IMG/VR virus record: IMGVR_UViG_3300035034_001389
Reading direction: 5' to 3' (one strand)
Origin: an uncultured virus (IMG/VR IMGVR_UViG_3300035034_001389)
Taxonomy: Duplodnaviria; Heunggongvirae; Uroviricota; Caudoviricetes
DNA: 20,000 bases
The position numbers and the translations under genes are program-made. This document shows, piece after piece, positions 17,314 to 20,000 of the stretch. Under the pieces are notes generated by a model. It was not told where the DNA came from, searched no databases, and saw nothing but the letters and a program-made list of their open reading frames with translations. How positions within the stretch are numbered: the first letter of the stretch is position 1; every line of letters begins with the position of its first letter.

Positions 17314-17389
17314 GCGTCTATAGTTTTTAACGGTAAAATAATAGCCTTCCAAGCTGAAGTTGTGGGTTCGAATCCCTCTAGACGCTCCA
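17314..17389 (+). tRNA. tRNA-Gly(TCC)
   Basis: GCGTCTA/TAGACGC acceptor stem, ATAGC-CTTCCAA-GCTGA anticodon arm (one A-A mismatch), GTGGG-TTCGAAT-CCCTC T arm (one U-U mismatch), U73 and encoded CCA. 76 nt. Confidence 0.92.
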
Positions 17390-17405
17390 ATAATAGGATA
17401 ATATC

Positions 17406-17831
17406 ATGCGCTTATTTGAAGCAAAAAAGTTAGGAACTAATGGAGCTAATAATAATGCAGTTAGAGAAGTCATATGTGATACACTATGCATGATTTCTCA
17501 AGTCCATCTATGGCACTGGCAAACAAAAAGCTATGCAGCTCATATGGCACTAGGTGACTATTACGCATTTTTACAGACGAATGTAGATTTAGTTGCTGAA
17601 TCATTTATGGGAATTGGAAATGATATATCAGTATCAGGTAATAAATCAATAGAAGATTTCAAGTCAATAGATGAAATAATTTCCAAAATAAAAGAATTCA
17701 ATACTAATCTTAAAGCAGTTCAATCAACTTTAATGGGGTCTAGTGGTGGAGAAATGGATACTGTTGCAGATTTAATACTTGCAATTTGTTCAGAAACTGA
17801 TAAACTATTATTTTTATTAACACTGGATTAA
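17406..17831 (+). CDS. Ferritin/Dps-like four-helix protein (DUF5856-like)
   Basis: SQVHLWHWQTKSYAAHMALGDYY...VDLVAESFMG resembles the Dps HW...H...D..AE pattern. C-terminal DKLLFLLTL. AGGA upstream of the ATG. Confidence 0.7.
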   Translation: MRLFEAKKLGTNGANNNAVREVICDTLCMISQVHLWHWQTKSYAAHMALGDYYAFLQTNVDLVAESFMGIGNDISVSGNKSIEDFKSIDEIISKIKEFNTNLKAVQSTLMGSSGGEMDTVADLILAICSETDKLLFLLTLD

Positions 17832-17838
17832 ATAAAAT

Positions 17839-18498
17839 ATGGTAAGTATATTCACCGATTATAGTGAATTAAAACTCGGCAACAACAATACTCCAACATT
17901 AGTAATACCCGGATTCGGTATGAGTAATGCATCCACATTTGTATTGAGAAAAATATTAATGGATAAGGGGCATAATGTTATTCCTTGGACTATTAACAGG
18001 AATTTGGGGTTTAATCCAGAAAATATTGATGAAACATTTATTCAGGTTGTAAAATTATCAGAATCATATGGTACAAAAATTAACATTATTGGTCAAAGTC
18101 TAGGTGGTTGTTACGCCAGAATGATTGGTAATAAAATCCCAGATCGTGTTACATCCGTTATAACTTTAGGATCACCTATAAATGGTGTTGACTTGGTATC
18201 CACCAATAGCATATCAAGATATAACAAAATGACAGGGATTATCGATGCTGCCGTTTTACATCACACTGAATACCTACATGAATTTAAACCCAACCCACCA
18301 GTATTCACAACCTCAATATTTAGTAAAAATGATGAAGTTGTGGCTTGGCCATTATCAATAATAGATGAAACAGAAATGTCGGAAAATGTTGAAGTTAATT
18401 CAAGTCATTTAAGTATGGGGTTTAATCTTAGAACAATTAAAATATTGGCAGATCGTTTATCCCAAAATCCAGAAGACTGGAAACCGTATAACAGTTGA
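17839..18498 (+). CDS. Alpha/beta-fold serine hydrolase (esterase/lipase-like)
   Basis: Oxyanion segment LVIPGF, nucleophile elbow IIGQSLGG, VITLGSP, SKNDEVV (Asp) and SSHLSM (His): full Ser-Asp-His triad. Confidence 0.88.
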   Translation: MVSIFTDYSELKLGNNNTPTLVIPGFGMSNASTFVLRKILMDKGHNVIPWTINRNLGFNPENIDETFIQVVKLSESYGTKINIIGQSLGGCYARMIGNKIPDRVTSVITLGSPINGVDLVSTNSISRYNKMTGIIDAAVLHHTEYLHEFKPNPPVFTTSIFSKNDEVVAWPLSIIDETEMSENVEVNSSHLSMGFNLRTIKILADRLSQNPEDWKPYNS

Positions 18499-18523
18499 CA
18501 TCTTTATACTTTTTTGTTATAAT
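18495..18523 (+). promoter_or_regulatory. Consensus sigma70 promoter with extended -10
   Basis: TTGACA 18495-18500, 17-nt spacer, TG-t-TATAAT with the -10 at 18518-18523. The -35 contains the TGA stop of the hydrolase. Confidence 0.88.
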
Positions 18524-18546
18524 TGTATAATTATAGGAGATTTGAA

Positions 18547-19059
18547 TTGATTGATCTGAAAAATTTAGTAAATTATAATAGAAGTATTAGTGAATTGGAA
18601 GAATTTTTAATTTTCTGCTTGGCTTCAGCAAATAAAAGTGATACTGCCATGCAAGTATACAAAGTTAACAAATTTTTAGAACCTGCCAGAATACACAACT
18701 TGACACCATTCCAATACATTAGCCTATTAGTTGAGAATGAAACATTGACTTCCAAACTCTATGAAGTTAGACTTGGGGAGTATTACAGGTTAACTAAATG
18801 CCTATCATCATGTGTATCCTTAGATTTAGTCAATATTGAGCTTGAAGAACTTGAAGCAGTAATTGGCATTGGCCCAAAGACTTCAAGATTATTCATGATT
18901 AATTGCCGAAAATCTAATAACTCTGTAATACTCGACATCAATACTCTAACTAAAATAAAAGAAAATAACCCCAATGTATTGGTTCCAAAATCAACACCCC
19001 AAGCAATAGAGCGATATAGAATGTTAGAACAGTTATATTTGAATATCCCATTGACTTAA
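18547..19059 (+). CDS. HhH-GPD-like DNA glycosylase/AP-lyase-like protein
   Basis: HhH motif LEAVIGIGPKTSR with the Lys, and downstream ILD with the Asp. Start placed at TTG 18547, after SD AGGAGA 18535-18540; the track start 18523 overlaps the -10 box. Confidence 0.65.
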   Translation: MIDLKNLVNYNRSISELEEFLIFCLASANKSDTAMQVYKVNKFLEPARIHNLTPFQYISLLVENETLTSKLYEVRLGEYYRLTKCLSSCVSLDLVNIELEELEAVIGIGPKTSRLFMINCRKSNNSVILDINTLTKIKENNPNVLVPKSTPQAIERYRMLEQLYLNIPLT

Positions 19060-19079
19060 TGATCTAAACGTTTTACAAT
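19051..19079 (+). promoter_or_regulatory. Sigma70-type promoter
   Basis: TTGACT 19051-19056, 17-nt spacer, TACAAT 19074-19079. Confidence 0.75.
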
Positions 19080-19112
19080 TAATAAATAAACATACTTAAT
19101 AGGAGAATAGTA

Positions 19113-19478
19113 ATGTCTAATCTATATTCAACATTGTGCGTCGTTCGAAACTCTTTACTTAATGCATTTGGTACAAAATATCTTGAAGGTGGTAAACCAT
19201 TGAATGTTAATAGGATTTTGAATCAAATTGCAGATGATTTAACCGCGTATATCGATATAGTTAATGACCTTGAGAATCTATCAATCGAAGAACTACATGA
19301 TCTTGGTTTTTCATATATTGATGATGATAGTGATCTTGTACTATTCCCCATTTGGATTTATCCTCTATTACCCGAAGGTACACAACTAATTAATTCAAAC
19401 AGGGAATTAGTTGTTGTTGGTATTGATACTGTAAATATTCATAATGATCACTGGTTGGATTTGGGGTTTATACATTAA
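19113..19478 (+). CDS. Hypothetical phage protein
   Basis: 121 aa ORF with SD AGGAGA at 19101-19106 and its own promoter. Confidence 0.8.
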   Translation: MSNLYSTLCVVRNSLLNAFGTKYLEGGKPLNVNRILNQIADDLTAYIDIVNDLENLSIEELHDLGFSYIDDDSDLVLFPIWIYPLLPEGTQLINSNRELVVVGIDTVNIHNDHWLDLGFIH

Positions 19479-19481
19479 AAC

Positions 19482-19510
19482 TTGACAGTCTGTTGACACC
19501 TTGTTATAAT
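19482..19510 (+). promoter_or_regulatory. Consensus sigma70 promoter with extended -10
   Basis: TTGACA 19482-19487, 17-nt spacer, TG-t-TATAAT with the -10 at 19505-19510. A second TTGACA lies in the spacer at 19493-19498. Confidence 0.88.
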
Positions 19511-19557
19511 GGCGACCTATAGAAACAAAAATTCATAACATAGGAGAAATATAAATT

Positions 19558-19908
19558 ATGAACTTAAACAAACGATCTTCACAGTCAAGCCTAACACCAT
19601 CAGATGTTCTAGATATTCGACGTTTGGTATCTGAAGGTAATACTCAGACATCTACAGCTAGTCGCTTTAATATTACACGTAAAGCGGTATATGATATTAT
19701 CAATGGTAATAGCTGGTCAGATATTCCTAATCCGGTTACATTACGAGGTTATTCAAATTATCAGATTTATCCTGATGGTCGAGTTTTTTCAAATAACTCT
19801 GGTAACTTTATGAAGCGTAAATCAACCTCTAGTGTTCGATTACGTGACAACAAAGGAACACAGAAAACAGTCGCAATTAATGATTTAATGCGAAAGGCAT
19901 TTAAGTAA
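19558..19908 (+). CDS. HTH + NUMOD4-like DNA-binding protein lacking an HNH nuclease domain
   Basis: SLTPSDVLDIR...TASRFNITRKAVYDIINGNSW is the HTH type seen at the C-terminus of phage HNH endonucleases. GYSNYQIYPDGRVFS...VRLRD...INDLMRKAF is NUMOD4-like. SD AGGAGA at 19542-19547. Confidence 0.7.
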   Translation: MNLNKRSSQSSLTPSDVLDIRRLVSEGNTQTSTASRFNITRKAVYDIINGNSWSDIPNPVTLRGYSNYQIYPDGRVFSNNSGNFMKRKSTSSVRLRDNKGTQKTVAINDLMRKAFK

Positions 19909-19917
19909 AACTAATAA

Positions 19918-19981
19918 ACCATCGGGTGGTGTGGAAGGTGTTTGTGGTGAACTTGGTGCCACATCATTCGATGGTATTTTT
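19918..19981 (+). terminator. Long hairpin followed by a U-tract: terminator or small structured RNA
   Basis: ACCATCGGGTGGTGTGG (19918-19934) pairs with CCACATCATTCGATGGT (19959-19975): 17 bp including three G-U pairs, 24-nt loop, then ATTTTT. Confidence 0.5.
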
Positions 19982-20000
19982 AATTAAACATTCTAAAAAT

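Noticed and set aside
1..20000. Stop-codon reassignment as seen in some large phages
   Set aside because: Genes tile the window densely under the standard code, TAG (753, 17113) and TGA (9631, 18498) end genes next to the following start or promoter, and no suppressor tRNA is present here.
1..20000. Bacterial chromosomal LPS/capsule locus or eukaryotic giant-virus origin
   Set aside because: No transport, polymerase or housekeeping genes accompany the GTs. Phage-type structural and hypothetical genes, SD sites, sigma70 promoters and an E. coli-type nrdAB point to a bacteriophage.

Overview
AT-rich, gene-dense window that reads as part of a large (jumbo-type) tailed-phage genome using the standard genetic code (TAA, TAG and TGA all end genes). 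From left to right it holds: (i) a + strand glycan-modification cluster, made of a partial GT60-like GlcNAc transferase, a NodU/CmcH-type carbamoyltransferase fused to a degenerate HtrL-like domain, an HtrL-like protein and an HtrL + GT-A fusion; (ii) a - strand block with a Maf/MptE-like protein, a GT8-like glycosyltransferase and probable virion proteins, one ending in a Thr/Pro tail; (iii) a class Ia ribonucleotide reductase whose nrdA is split into two overlapping genes inside the active-site region with no intervening endonuclease, followed by nrdB; (iv) small genes and a mucin-like Thr/Pro-repeat protein; (v) a region of near-consensus sigma70 promoters with two tandem tRNA-Gly genes, a ferritin/Dps-like protein, an alpha/beta hydrolase, an HhH glycosylase-like protein and a nuclease-less HTH-NUMOD4 protein followed by a long hairpin. 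The strongest leads are the insert-free split nrdA with novel tails and a possible phage-encoded mucin-type O-glycosylation/carbamoylation system with its own candidate substrates. All family assignments come from motif recognition by eye, not database searches.
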